Below, piece by piece: positions 9,763 to 21,226 of a stretch of DNA of 64,000 nt. The notes below the pieces were generated by a model. The model was given only the letters and a program-made list of their open reading frames with translations. It was not told the origin of the DNA and did not search any database. The stretch's first letter is position 1, and each line of letters starts with the position of its first letter. This stretch comes from an uncultured Spirochaetota bacterium. Lineage in GTDB: Bacteria; Spirochaetota; Spirochaetia; SZUA-6; Fen-1364. The DNA lies in assembly GCA_963845535.1 (NCBI GenBank), contig CAWJSK010000019.1:460280-524279 (forward strand), read 5' to 3'. Made by a program: the position numbers and the translations under genes.

Positions 9763-11796
9763 CTAGTCTTCCCGTACTACCGCCACCCCGAGAGCCTCAA
9801 GTTCCAGCACGCCGTGCACCGTGGCGCCCGTTGTCATTTCACGTCCACTTTGAACCAGATGCACGGATTTCTTTGAGGTATCATGGTTCAGATAGAAACG
9901 GTAGGTTGCATGGTCGGTGCGCCGAACGCAGATTTCAACACCAGGGTCCAGGTCCTCGACAGTTGGGATTCCGGCTTCGTGGAGCGCCGGCCGGAGAAAC
10001 GCTCGAAGCCCTCCCCTGTCGAGATAGGTGCCCAAGTAGAACGAAGCGCCCCGACCGAACGAGTTCCGCAGCGCGGCCGCGGTGCCCGAATAGTAGCGGC
10101 CTGAATAGGTAAGGAGCACTGAGGCTCCAGCGTCCGGCGTGACCAGCTCGGCAAGGTGCGCGGCGGGAAATCGTGCCCCGTTGGCAGAAATCACTTCAAC
10201 GGGCTCAGTGGCCAGGTAGGAGAAGGTATCATAGTCTTCAACCCGGCCGCCTACGATATGGCGCAGGCCTGCAGGAAGCTGTTCCTCGTGTACCGCATTT
10301 TCCTCGTCCTTGACACTGCTTCGCGCGCCGATCACTGCGATGCCTCCCGCCTGGATATATTCCTGCAGCTTGTCGGCAAACTGGGGGCTGGACACGTGTT
10401 GTGCCGGAAGGATGAGCAGCTTATAGGAACCGAAGTCTCCGTCGGCAGAGACGATATCGGCCACTATTCCCAGGCGCGACAGCGCCGTTGCGTAGTCGTT
10501 CGCGAGCTGGTAATAGGAAATCCCCTCCATGCTATGAGGCTGTATCTCGAGCGCCCACAAGCTGTCGTAATCATAGAGAATCGCAACATCGGTTGGGACG
10601 TGGCTTCCCGCGAGCTCCGAGCTGAGCGATCTCACTTCGGAGGCAAGCTGCGTGAGCTCCTGGTAGCGATATCCCGGCTGTCCATGGTGAGGCAGGATCC
10701 CGTGCCAATATTGCTCGGTGCCGAAACGGGCGGTGCGCCAACGGAAGAAACTGACGTAATCAGCCCCGTGCGCGATGGCTTGGTAAGCCCAGATTTTCAT
10801 CCGGCCGGGTTCTGGAGTAGAATAGAACCGATCCCAGCCTCCCGGCCCCGACGCTTGCTCCATGACCCATACGTTGCGGCTTTTCAAGCCGCGCATGAGA
10901 TCGTGGGGCAAGGGAGACGGCGGCTGATGAGCGGTTTGCGGTTGGAAAAACGGGTAGTTGTCCCACGATACCACGTCGAGGTCACGCGCCAGGTCGAAGT
11001 AGTTGATGTCGGTGAACGCGCCCATCAGATTGTGCGTGACAGGTCGTGACGGGCTGCTGGCCCGGATGATATCTGCAAGTTCGCGATTGAATGAGACCTG
11101 GACATCGGAAGAAAACCTGAAAAAGTCGAGCAGGAGTCCGGGATTTTGTCCGGCCATGCCCCTTCGATCAGCGGTGTCGCGGGGCAGTGAGATTTCGGAG
11201 AAGTCATTGTATTGCTGGCTCCAGAATGCCGTACCCCATGCCTCGTTAAGGCGGCCGATGTCTTTGAATCGACGCGACAGCCATGATTGAAAGGCGCGCT
11301 CGCAATGGGCGCAATAGCATCTGGCGGTTCCGTGGCATCCGAGCTCGTTGTCCGTTTGCCATGCAACCACGCCCGGATGGCACCCGAAATGCTTCGTAAC
11401 AATCTCGGTGATCTCGAGGGCATGCCGACGGTAGCCAGGATGATTCTTGCAGGCATCCTGGCGCTGACCGAACTCTTTGATCTGTCCGTTGCTCTTGATC
11501 TGGTGGATGTCCGGAAACTTCCGGTGCAGCCAGGCCGGATACGTAGGCGTCGGTGTGCAGAGGATGGCTGAAAGCTTATGATGAGCCAGCACTGCAAGGA
11601 CGCGCTCGAGCCAACCGAACTCAAGCCTTCCTTCGACTGGTTCGAACATGTGCCAGGCGAACTCCGCAAGGCGGACCGTCGCAATGCCGGCTCGTACCAT
11701 GAGCTCTGCATCAACCTCCCAGCGGGTTTCCGGCCACTGCTCGGGGTAATACGCTACGCCGAGATGAAGGCGTGGACCGTCACTGGCCTTTGTCAT
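9763..11796 (-). CDS. Beta-galactosidase, GH42
   Basis: GVAYYPEQW, VRLAEFAW, WQTDNE (acid/base), WVMEQ (nucleophile), EQYWHG. Confidence 0.95.
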   Translation of the reverse strand: MTKASDGPRLHLGVAYYPEQWPETRWEVDAELMVRAGIATVRLAEFAWHMFEPVEGRLEFGWLERVLAVLAHHKLSAILCTPTPTYPAWLHRKFPDIHQIKSNGQIKEFGQRQDACKNHPGYRRHALEITEIVTKHFGCHPGVVAWQTDNELGCHGTARCYCAHCERAFQSWLSRRFKDIGRLNEAWGTAFWSQQYNDFSEISLPRDTADRRGMAGQNPGLLLDFFRFSSDVQVSFNRELADIIRASSPSRPVTHNLMGAFTDINYFDLARDLDVVSWDNYPFFQPQTAHQPPSPLPHDLMRGLKSRNVWVMEQASGPGGWDRFYSTPEPGRMKIWAYQAIAHGADYVSFFRWRTARFGTEQYWHGILPHHGQPGYRYQELTQLASEVRSLSSELAGSHVPTDVAILYDYDSLWALEIQPHSMEGISYYQLANDYATALSRLGIVADIVSADGDFGSYKLLILPAQHVSSPQFADKLQEYIQAGGIAVIGARSSVKDEENAVHEEQLPAGLRHIVGGRVEDYDTFSYLATEPVEVISANGARFPAAHLAELVTPDAGASVLLTYSGRYYSGTAAALRNSFGRGASFYLGTYLDRGGLRAFLRPALHEAGIPTVEDLDPGVEICVRRTDHATYRFYLNHDTSKKSVHLVQSGREMTTGATVHGVLELEALGVAVVRED

Positions 11797-11862
11797 GATG
11801 TGCCGCCTCCCTCGATCGTTCTTTCATACCCATCTGTGGACGGTGCGCACCGTGTGGTGCGG

Positions 11863-12774
11863 TCACGCCTTTATGCTCCCTGTGGCAATTCCTGCCGCGA
11901 TATGTTTCCGCAAGAACGGGAACAGAATAGCCATCGGCAGGACTGAAAGCGCTGAGCCGAGGATTATCAGCGGATAAGGAGGAATGCCGGTGGCCGGATT
12001 GATGAGCTTGGAAACCCACATTTGGAGCCCCAGAGTGGCGGGAAAGAGTCTGGAGCTGCTCAAGACCAGAAGGGGCAGAAAGAAATTGTTCCACGAGGAT
12101 ATGAAGCTTATCAGGAACAGGGTAACGAGCCCCGGGCTTATGATGGGAATTGCAATACGCCTGAAGATCTGGTAGTCGCTGGCTCCGTCGATCCGCCCGG
12201 AATCGATGAGCTCGTTCGGCATGGTTTCTCCCACGTAGACGTTCATGAAATACACTCCGAAGGGACTGGCAAGCAGCGGGAGGATGACCGCCACGTAGGT
12301 ATCCATCAATCCAAGGCTCTTTATCAGCAGAAAGACAGGAATCGTGAGCGTCGCCGCAGGAAGCAAGAGCGCCACGAGCACCATGAACCTGACTGCATCC
12401 CGCAGCTTGAACTGGTATTTTGACAGTGCGTAGCCTGCCAGCGCGCTGATCAGAGTCCCCAGTCCAGCGGTCACGGTGGAATAGATGATCGAGTTGAGAT
12501 ACCACCGCCAATAAGCTCCCCCTTCTTTCTGACCCAGCTCCCGCAGATTGGTTACGAGGCCAGAGAGAGACGACGGAGCGAACATGGGGGTGTTGAAGAG
12601 CTGGTCGGTTGACTTTGACGTCGAAACCAGGAGCCAGAAGAGTGGAAGGATGAAGTACATCGCAAGCAGGCTCATGGGGAAGAGAATAAGAACCCCAATG
12701 ACAACCCGACGGCGGGCATACGAGCGGCCGTGGTACAACCGCTGCAAAGCGGAGGAGCCGACTGGGGTGTTCAT
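11863..12774 (-). CDS. Carbohydrate ABC transporter permease (MalG-like)
   Basis: ELIDSGRIDGA EAA loop, SWNNFF. Confidence 0.92.
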   Translation of the reverse strand: MNTPVGSSALQRLYHGRSYARRRVVIGVLILFPMSLLAMYFILPLFWLLVSTSKSTDQLFNTPMFAPSSLSGLVTNLRELGQKEGGAYWRWYLNSIIYSTVTAGLGTLISALAGYALSKYQFKLRDAVRFMVLVALLLPAATLTIPVFLLIKSLGLMDTYVAVILPLLASPFGVYFMNVYVGETMPNELIDSGRIDGASDYQIFRRIAIPIISPGLVTLFLISFISSWNNFFLPLLVLSSSRLFPATLGLQMWVSKLINPATGIPPYPLIILGSALSVLPMAILFPFLRKHIAAGIATGSIKA

Positions 12775-13700
12775 TTTGTCACCCCTCGCGCGTCATAGCT
12801 GCCATTCCTGCGACGCGCCATCCGTTGTTCCCCCGAGGTCAGGTACAGGAAGAGCAGCGACGCGCACAGCGTAACGAACGCCAGGAAGAATGACAGAGTC
12901 GCCGAATAATGAAAATTGTAATACGCGAAGGCCATGTTGTATATGTACACATTGGGCGTAAAGTCTGAAGGGACGGCGGTGAGGCTCGACAGGATGAAGG
13001 GCTCATTGAAGAGCTGAAAGGTACCTATTATCGAGAGAATCCAGGTGAATATGATCACCGGTCGAATGAGGGGCAGCTTTATCCGAATAGCGGTCTGAAA
13101 CTCGTTGCAGCCATCTATCTTGGCGGCATCGTAGAGCTCGAGCGGCAAGGATGTCAGTCCCGCAAAGTACAGGGTCATGTTGTATCCTGTCCATTCCCAG
13201 GTCACGATGTTTACGATGCTGAAAAGGAGGTTGCTCTGGGAGAGGAGGTCGGGTGGTTTGCCATGACGAAAGATGCCGAGCACGGCAAGCAGGGGGTTGA
13301 GTTGCGGCGAATACAGAAAGCCCCACATGAGAGCAGCAATGACGCCAGGGACCGCATAGGGGAGAAAGTAAAGGAGGCGGAAGGTGGCCCTGGCTTTGAT
13401 GATTGGACTGTCAAGCAACAGCGCAAGGGCAAGGGCAAGAATCAGCATGATCAGAAGTTGCATGACGCCAAATCGGGCCACGGTGAGGATCGAAGACCAG
13501 AAAGATCCGTCCTTGAATGCCGTAATGTAGTTGGCAAATCCAACAAAGGTGCCGCGCCCCGTACGGCCCGCGTACAGGCTGAGGCGGAAGGCGTAGAGCA
13601 GCGGATAGATGAAAAAGCCGAAAAAGAGAACGAGAAAAGGCGCGAGCATTATATAAGGTACGGCTCGGGAACTCCAAGAGCGCTGGCTGACGATCATCAT
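12771..13700 (-). CDS. Carbohydrate ABC transporter permease (MalF-like)
   Basis: FVGFANY, ELYDAAKIDG, FQLFNEP. Confidence 0.92.
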   Translation of the reverse strand: MMIVSQRSWSSRAVPYIMLAPFLVLFFGFFIYPLLYAFRLSLYAGRTGRGTFVGFANYITAFKDGSFWSSILTVARFGVMQLLIMLILALALALLLDSPIIKARATFRLLYFLPYAVPGVIAALMWGFLYSPQLNPLLAVLGIFRHGKPPDLLSQSNLLFSIVNIVTWEWTGYNMTLYFAGLTSLPLELYDAAKIDGCNEFQTAIRIKLPLIRPVIIFTWILSIIGTFQLFNEPFILSSLTAVPSDFTPNVYIYNMAFAYYNFHYSATLSFFLAFVTLCASLLFLYLTSGEQRMARRRNGSYDARGVTK

Positions 13701-13747
13701 CAACTCCTGCAAACTAGACCCGCGTCGCTTCCCAACGAAAGGGAAAG

Positions 13748-13776
13748 GGCCCTGATCAAGGGATCAGATCAGGGCC
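13748..13776 (-). terminator. Intra-operon stem-loop after the sugar-binding protein gene
   Basis: GGCCCTGATC-N9-GATCAGGGCC followed on the minus strand by CTTTCCCTTT. Confidence 0.55.
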
Positions 13777-13808
13777 ATGCATAAGCAACGGCAGACTCGC
13801 GAAATCAG

Positions 13809-15185
13809 TTAGTCAGCGACCTTGAATCCCTGGCTTCGCGCAAAACCCACTACCTTGTCTTGAAGGTTCTGCAGGGCCTGGTCGGTTGTGATCTTGCCGC
13901 TAAACAGATTGGTAAACTGTACCTGCATCTCGTTGTACACATAGCTCGTCCACGGGCTCCATTCGAAGCTCTTGTCGACCCATGGCATCATCTTCGTGAA
14001 AATCGAGTTTGCAGTCTGGCCACCAAGGAACGCATTCGGGCCGGCGAAGCTTGGCAGCTTGCCGGAGCTCACCTGAGCAGTGAAGAGCCCGGATCCTCCC
14101 TGGCCGATGTCGGTGGACAGGACGGCGACAGCGTCTTTGTGCGTGTTGATCCATGCTGCAAAGAGAGCGGAAGCTTCGGGATATTTGGTCTGCGTGGTAA
14201 CAGCATCCGTCGATCCTCCCCAGTTGCTGTCCACCTTGTCCCCCATGTTCCACTGCGGCATCTCGGCGACGCGCCACTGTTGCGTTGTTCCCTTCTCCAT
14301 GTAGGGCTCGATCTCATAGGTTGGGGACCAGGCTGCGCCAATCACGGCGGCATAGGCTCCCTGACCGAGATTATGGCTCCATTCCGGCGTCCAGGCGTTG
14401 GCTACCTGCACATATCCCTTTTTGACAAGCCCTAGCCAGTAATTCATGACCTTCTTGGCTGCTTCGCTCGTGAAATTGATCTTCCAGCCGTTCGGCGTGT
14501 TCTTGAATGGGAAAACTCCGCCCTGCCACAGCAGTCCGTTGATCTCGCCCTGGTCGTTCACGGCAATGAAGGTCAGGTATTTTGTCGGGTCGGCCTGATG
14601 AAGAAGCGCTCCGGCGCGTTCGAATTCCGCCCATGTCCTCGGAACCCGGATATGATGCTTGTCGAACAGATCCTTTCGGTAAATCAGCCCTTCTGGTCCG
14701 GCGTCCTGAGGGATTGCATAGAGTTTCCCGTTCAAGAAAACCTGGTTCCACGTCCACTCGGGAAAAAGCGGCTTGGTGTCGCCAACGTACTGTGAGATAT
14801 CCATGAGACCGCTGGTCTCAACGAACTGCGGCAGGGCTTGAAACTCCACCTGCACGACGTCCGGAGCGCCGCTGCCTGCCTGTATTGCGGTAGCGAGCTT
14901 TGTGTATTCGGGCTGCCCCTGTCCAACGCTCTTCAGGTCGACCTGAATGCTCGGAAAGGCCTTCTGAAACAGAGGTACGAGCTTGTCCGCGTTCGCTATC
15001 CATGTCCAGACAGTAATCGAGGCTGGTGTGGAGAGCTCCGGCCACACTGGTTCGCTATAGCCGCTCGCATCAGTGTTGATTTTGAGCTTCATTGCCTGGG
15101 CGGATGCGGCTTGGCCCACCGCCAATAGGAGCAAACAGCCTATGGCAACAAAAAGCACCGTAGAAAGGACTGTTCTGGTTCTCAT
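13809..15185 (-). CDS. Sugar ABC transporter solute-binding protein
   Basis: Signal peptide, GSGAPDV, LYAIPQDAGP, YRKDLF, NWGGS; RBS GAGGAGG. Confidence 0.92.
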   Translation of the reverse strand: MRTRTVLSTVLFVAIGCLLLLAVGQAASAQAMKLKINTDASGYSEPVWPELSTPASITVWTWIANADKLVPLFQKAFPSIQVDLKSVGQGQPEYTKLATAIQAGSGAPDVVQVEFQALPQFVETSGLMDISQYVGDTKPLFPEWTWNQVFLNGKLYAIPQDAGPEGLIYRKDLFDKHHIRVPRTWAEFERAGALLHQADPTKYLTFIAVNDQGEINGLLWQGGVFPFKNTPNGWKINFTSEAAKKVMNYWLGLVKKGYVQVANAWTPEWSHNLGQGAYAAVIGAAWSPTYEIEPYMEKGTTQQWRVAEMPQWNMGDKVDSNWGGSTDAVTTQTKYPEASALFAAWINTHKDAVAVLSTDIGQGGSGLFTAQVSSGKLPSFAGPNAFLGGQTANSIFTKMMPWVDKSFEWSPWTSYVYNEMQVQFTNLFSGKITTDQALQNLQDKVVGFARSQGFKVAD

Positions 15186-15198
15186 GCCATTCCTCCTC

Positions 15199-15317
15199 AT
15201 ATTGGTATATGATATTGGTATATGTCCGAGCGATAATACCACCTCCATAGATATTGTCAAGCAAAAAGTTGCCAACTTGACAGTCACAGGATTGAAAGCT
15301 ATAAAGCTATACCAATA
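15199..15317. promoter_or_regulatory. Divergent sigma70 promoters with probable GntR/AraR operators
   Basis: + TTGACA(15277)-17-TATAAA(15300); - TTGACA(15260)-16-TATTAT with extended TG; tandem ATATTGGTATATG x2 (15199-15224) and inverted TATACCAATA (15308-15317). Confidence 0.65.
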
Positions 15318-15337
15318 GGCTATTCTATCTGGTCAAT

Positions 15338-16465
15338 ATGATGACGAAGTACAAACGCGTTCAGGAATGGATACTCGAAGCACTCGAAAGCGGGAAGTTC
15401 AAGGCTGGCGATTTGCTTCCCTCGGAGGGCGAACTGTGCGAGTTGCTTTCAGTCGGGCGGAACTCGGTTCGCACCGCCCTGAGCAATCTCTCCCACGCGG
15501 GGATTGTCGACACAAAGAAAGGCGTCGGGACTTTCTGCGTTGGGGCGCGTAAGAGCGGTACGATGACGGTGGGTTTCGTTTCCCTGTACTCGCAGGAGTA
15601 TATCTTTCCTCGAATCGTGCAGGGCTGCAACAACACACTGTCGAAGAACGGCTACCACCTTGTCCTGTCCGAGTCTATGGAAGATACGAAAGTCGAGCGC
15701 GATGTTTTGACAAAGCTATGGAATCTGAAAGTTGACGGCATTATCCTCCAGCCGGCGTACGATGGTCGGGATCCGATGAACCTGGATCTGCTACGAGATA
15801 TTCAGCTTTCCGGCATCCCGATCATGCTGATCGACAATTTTTATCCCGGCCATCAGTTCAACGCCGTCGTGATGAACGACCGCGCCGGCGGCAGGCTGGC
15901 AGCATCCTATCTCTGGCAACGAGGTCACCGTCGAATCGGTATCGTCTATCATAAGAACTACTACCCGAAGATACTGCGAATGCAGGGAGCGCTCGAGTTC
16001 CTTCGGGAGGCCGGACAGACGGCGGCGGAAGATTGGATCATCGGCTATGACAGGAAGAAGAACGCTGGCGATATCAAGGATCAAATCTCCGAGAGTTTCG
16101 CGGAGGCGGCGAAAAGAGGCCGGCCTTTTCCGACCGCTTTCGTGTGCACGAATGATCAGGAAGCAATGGAGCTCATCCGTGTGGGACGCGACTATCGACT
16201 CGCTTTTCCTCGAGACCTGTCAGTCGTGAGCTTTGACAATTCTGCGCTCGCAGATCTTCCGGACCTGCCGCTGACATCAATCAATCATCCAAGCCAATAC
16301 ATGGGGGCCACGGCGGCGAACCTGCTGCTCGAAAAAGTCAGGGACGGGGGGATTCGTACGAGCACTGTCACCATCATTGAACCGGAGCTGATCGAACGCA
16401 ATTCGGTCACCGACCTGAGGGATCGGACTTTCCCAGTCGATCGACTCGGCGAAGGTAGAGCATGA
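15338..16465 (+). CDS. AraR-type regulator (GntR HTH plus LacI-type sugar-binding domain)
   Basis: KYKRV..LPSEGEL..VRTAL..KGVGTF; GHRRIG, NDQEA, LSVVSFDN. Confidence 0.92.
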   Translation: MMTKYKRVQEWILEALESGKFKAGDLLPSEGELCELLSVGRNSVRTALSNLSHAGIVDTKKGVGTFCVGARKSGTMTVGFVSLYSQEYIFPRIVQGCNNTLSKNGYHLVLSESMEDTKVERDVLTKLWNLKVDGIILQPAYDGRDPMNLDLLRDIQLSGIPIMLIDNFYPGHQFNAVVMNDRAGGRLAASYLWQRGHRRIGIVYHKNYYPKILRMQGALEFLREAGQTAAEDWIIGYDRKKNAGDIKDQISESFAEAAKRGRPFPTAFVCTNDQEAMELIRVGRDYRLAFPRDLSVVSFDNSALADLPDLPLTSINHPSQYMGATAANLLLEKVRDGGIRTSTVTIIEPELIERNSVTDLRDRTFPVDRLGEGRA

Positions 16466-16543
16466 GTTTCGCATCCGTATCCCGCGGAAAAACGCGCGTC
16501 GTGTTGCGTGCAAGCTGCCTGTTGGCGCCCAGGATCAGCATCT

Positions 16544-17296
16544 TCATAGGGATGTGCCTTCGTTGATCACCCTCAGCGCGTTCAGTGTACGGGGATAGCC
16601 AATAAACGGCAGCAACTGCGTCACCGTGCTGACAAGCACGGCGCGGTCATTGCCGACGGCGAGATTCGCGGCGACGTGCCCTGCAATCTGGGACTCGCAC
16701 CCGCCGAGCGCCGCAAGCATCGAGAACGTCAGAAGCTCGCGGATCTTCAGATCCAACCCGGTGCGCGTATAGAAGTCACCGAAGCAATTGGCCGTGAGGA
16801 GCCTCTGGACATGGGCCTGGTCCCTCGGAGACTCTTTGTGCATCCGGTCGATCCGATCTCCAAAGGCCCGTCTCTGAACTTCAAGACCCTTCTCGAACCT
16901 CGTCTCGGTCGTCGTTGTGGACTGGTCCTCGAGCGGCAACGCGATCCCCCGAGTCCGCAATGCCGCGTTGGTGGCGTTAAGAAAGTCGAAGACCCGAGCC
17001 ATCCCGACGTAGGGAACCGCTTGATAGACGATCTCTTTGACCTCGATCGGCGTCACGCCACCATTGAGCGCGCCGCTGAGCATGACGCTGTACTCGTTCA
17101 CCGCCTGGCAGGCGATGATTGCCGCGAGTTGAACCATAAGTCGCGTCCTCTGGTCGAGGACTGACTCCTTCAGCACCTCGTCGAATGCCCAGTTGTCGAA
17201 GACTTCGACGAGCTGCGGATCGGTTCCCGCCAGGGTCGACCTGCGGTTCGCGAACAGCGAGTCGTGATTCCGCTGCGCCTCTCTGCTGATTGCCAT
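16544..17296 (-). CDS. Carboxymuconolactone decarboxylase family protein (two CMD domains)
   Basis: KEIVYQAVPYVG, CFGDFYTRTGLD, QLLPFIGYPRTLNA. Confidence 0.9.
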   Translation of the reverse strand: MAISREAQRNHDSLFANRRSTLAGTDPQLVEVFDNWAFDEVLKESVLDQRTRLMVQLAAIIACQAVNEYSVMLSGALNGGVTPIEVKEIVYQAVPYVGMARVFDFLNATNAALRTRGIALPLEDQSTTTTETRFEKGLEVQRRAFGDRIDRMHKESPRDQAHVQRLLTANCFGDFYTRTGLDLKIRELLTFSMLAALGGCESQIAGHVAANLAVGNDRAVLVSTVTQLLPFIGYPRTLNALRVINEGTSL

Positions 17297-17307
17297 GGCT
17301 CGCCTGT

Positions 17308-19399
<2,092 letters not shown>

Positions 19400-19459
19400 C
19401 GTCTCCTTTATACGTGTTTGCCGTTTGTGGCGTGGTACGTCAAAATTGCGCCCGCCCTT

Positions 19460-19966
19460 TCATTTGGGAGCGAGCTCGCCGTACCAATAGGCGGCGGTTA
19501 CTCCGCCGTCCATGAGGAAGTCGCTGCCGGTGATGAACTCACCGTCGGAACCCATGAGGAGTGCGCCAACGGTTGCCACCTCGTCTGGTGTGCCGGCGCG
19601 TCGCGCCGCAGACACCTCGATCATGCGCCGGTATCCTGCGCCACGCGGCCCGTCGAGCTCGTCCCTGGCAAGCGGCGTGATAATGATGCCCGGACTGATG
19701 GTGTTGAGCCGCGCACCGCGCTTGCCCCAACGAACCGCCTCGGCCATGACGCGGAGGGAGTTCCCGCGCTTCGCGAGCTGGTACGCGTGAAGGGAATCCG
19801 TCACCTGGTCGGGCTGAAGAAAGGGAAGACTGAGCAACTCCTCCGCCGCCGCACTGGCGTTGTCCTGGCGAATATCCGCCAGCAATACATGCTTGCCTGC
19901 ACCAACCCGCCTGGCGATCGCTTGACCAATAAGACCTGATCCGATGACGACAATAGTGGTTCTCAT
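19460..19966 (-). pseudogene. SDR oxidoreductase with a large in-frame internal deletion
   Basis: 168 aa: N-terminus VVIGSGLIGQAIARR..LLADIRQDNASAAA joined directly to EELLSLPF..AYQLAK..NTISPG..DGG; the central Rossmann strands are missing. Confidence 0.75.
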
Positions 19967-20230
19967 TGCAATCCCCTTTACCGAAATGTCCGCGGCGAGC
20001 TCACGCCCTGGAGTCCACCTGCTGCCCCCCCGGACAAAGAGAATATAAAGATCGACGAAGCGAGGCGCTTGCCCAAACCTACAAGACTTTGACCCAATCC
20101 ACGAAAAGGCGGCCTGCCCTTTGGGGAGAAGAGGATGACTGGTGTTTTGGACGATTAGGCAAGGAATATGTAAGATCGTCCTATCCACGACCGCTGAATC
20201 ACATGTATTGTTCACGAAAGGAGCTAAGTA

Positions 20231-20653
20231 ATGAACTCTTCGTTCGATGCGGGAGACCTTTTTCCGCGCGGCACGGTTGTCCCGGGCGATCACTTCAAGG
20301 GAACCGCATGGCTGGAAATGCTGATCGCCGATCCAGTTTTCAACTGCCCGATTGGCAACGTGACGTTTGAACCGGGTGCAAGGAACAGCTGGCACAAGCA
20401 TCCGGGAGGTCAAATCCTGCTTGTGACCAGCGGTTCGGGTTTCTATCAGGAGCGGGGGAAGCCCGCCCGTCGCTTGAACCGCGGGGACGTGGTGAAGATC
20501 CTGCCCAATGTGGAGCACTGGCACGGTGCCGCCCCCGGCAACTCCTTCTCGCACATTGCCATAACTACCAATCCCCGGAGAGGTGACGCAGTGTGGATGG
20601 AGCCGCTCAGCGACGAGGAGTATCGCGACGCGACCAGCCAGGGACCCGCCTGA
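20231..20653 (+). CDS. Cupin domain protein
   Basis: NVTFEPGARNSWHKHPGGQIL, EHWHGA, FSHIAI. Confidence 0.9.
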   Translation: MNSSFDAGDLFPRGTVVPGDHFKGTAWLEMLIADPVFNCPIGNVTFEPGARNSWHKHPGGQILLVTSGSGFYQERGKPARRLNRGDVVKILPNVEHWHGAAPGNSFSHIAITTNPRRGDAVWMEPLSDEEYRDATSQGPA

Positions 20654-20703
20654 AACCTCGCGCAAGTCATGGCCCGTGCCCGACCTCCCTGGAGATGAAT
20701 GAA

Positions 20704-21219
20704 ATGAAGAACCTGATCGCTTACTTTTCGCGCCAAGGAGACAATTACGTCGGCGGCAGCCTCGAGAATCTGCCTGTGGGGAACACTGAAGTGGCCGCGA
20801 AGATGATTCAGAAGCTGACTGATGCCGACATCTTCCGAATCGCAACCGTGAAGGAGTACCCGACAGACTACACCAAGACCACGGAAGTGGCTCGGCAGGA
20901 ACTGCGTCAGAATGCAAGGCCAGAGCTTTCGAGGGATGTAGACAACCTGGACGGCTATGATGTGATTTTCCTCGGCTACCCAAACTGGTGGGGAACAATG
21001 CCAATGGCGGTATGGACCTTCCTGGAAAAGCATGACCTCTCCGGAAAGACCATCCTCCCGTTCTGTACCCATGAAGGGAGCCGCATGGGACACAGCGAAA
21101 GCGACATCAAGAAGCTCTGTCCTCACGCCACGGTGCTGAACGGGCTCTCTATCAGGGGCGGGAGCGTCAGGGGGGCGGAGAAGGAAATCTCGACGTGGCT
21201 TCGGGAATCGGGCCTTTGA
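20704..21219 (+). CDS. Flavodoxin
   Basis: AYFSR..GNT, LGYPNWWGTMP, FCTHEGS. Confidence 0.92.
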   Translation: MKNLIAYFSRQGDNYVGGSLENLPVGNTEVAAKMIQKLTDADIFRIATVKEYPTDYTKTTEVARQELRQNARPELSRDVDNLDGYDVIFLGYPNWWGTMPMAVWTFLEKHDLSGKTILPFCTHEGSRMGHSESDIKKLCPHATVLNGLSIRGGSVRGAEKEISTWLRESGL

Positions 21220-21226
21220 AAAGGCT

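Noticed and set aside
19460..21004. 514-aa ORF in the track
   Set aside because: Only the last 168 aa are the SDR; the rest is antisense to cupin and flavodoxin
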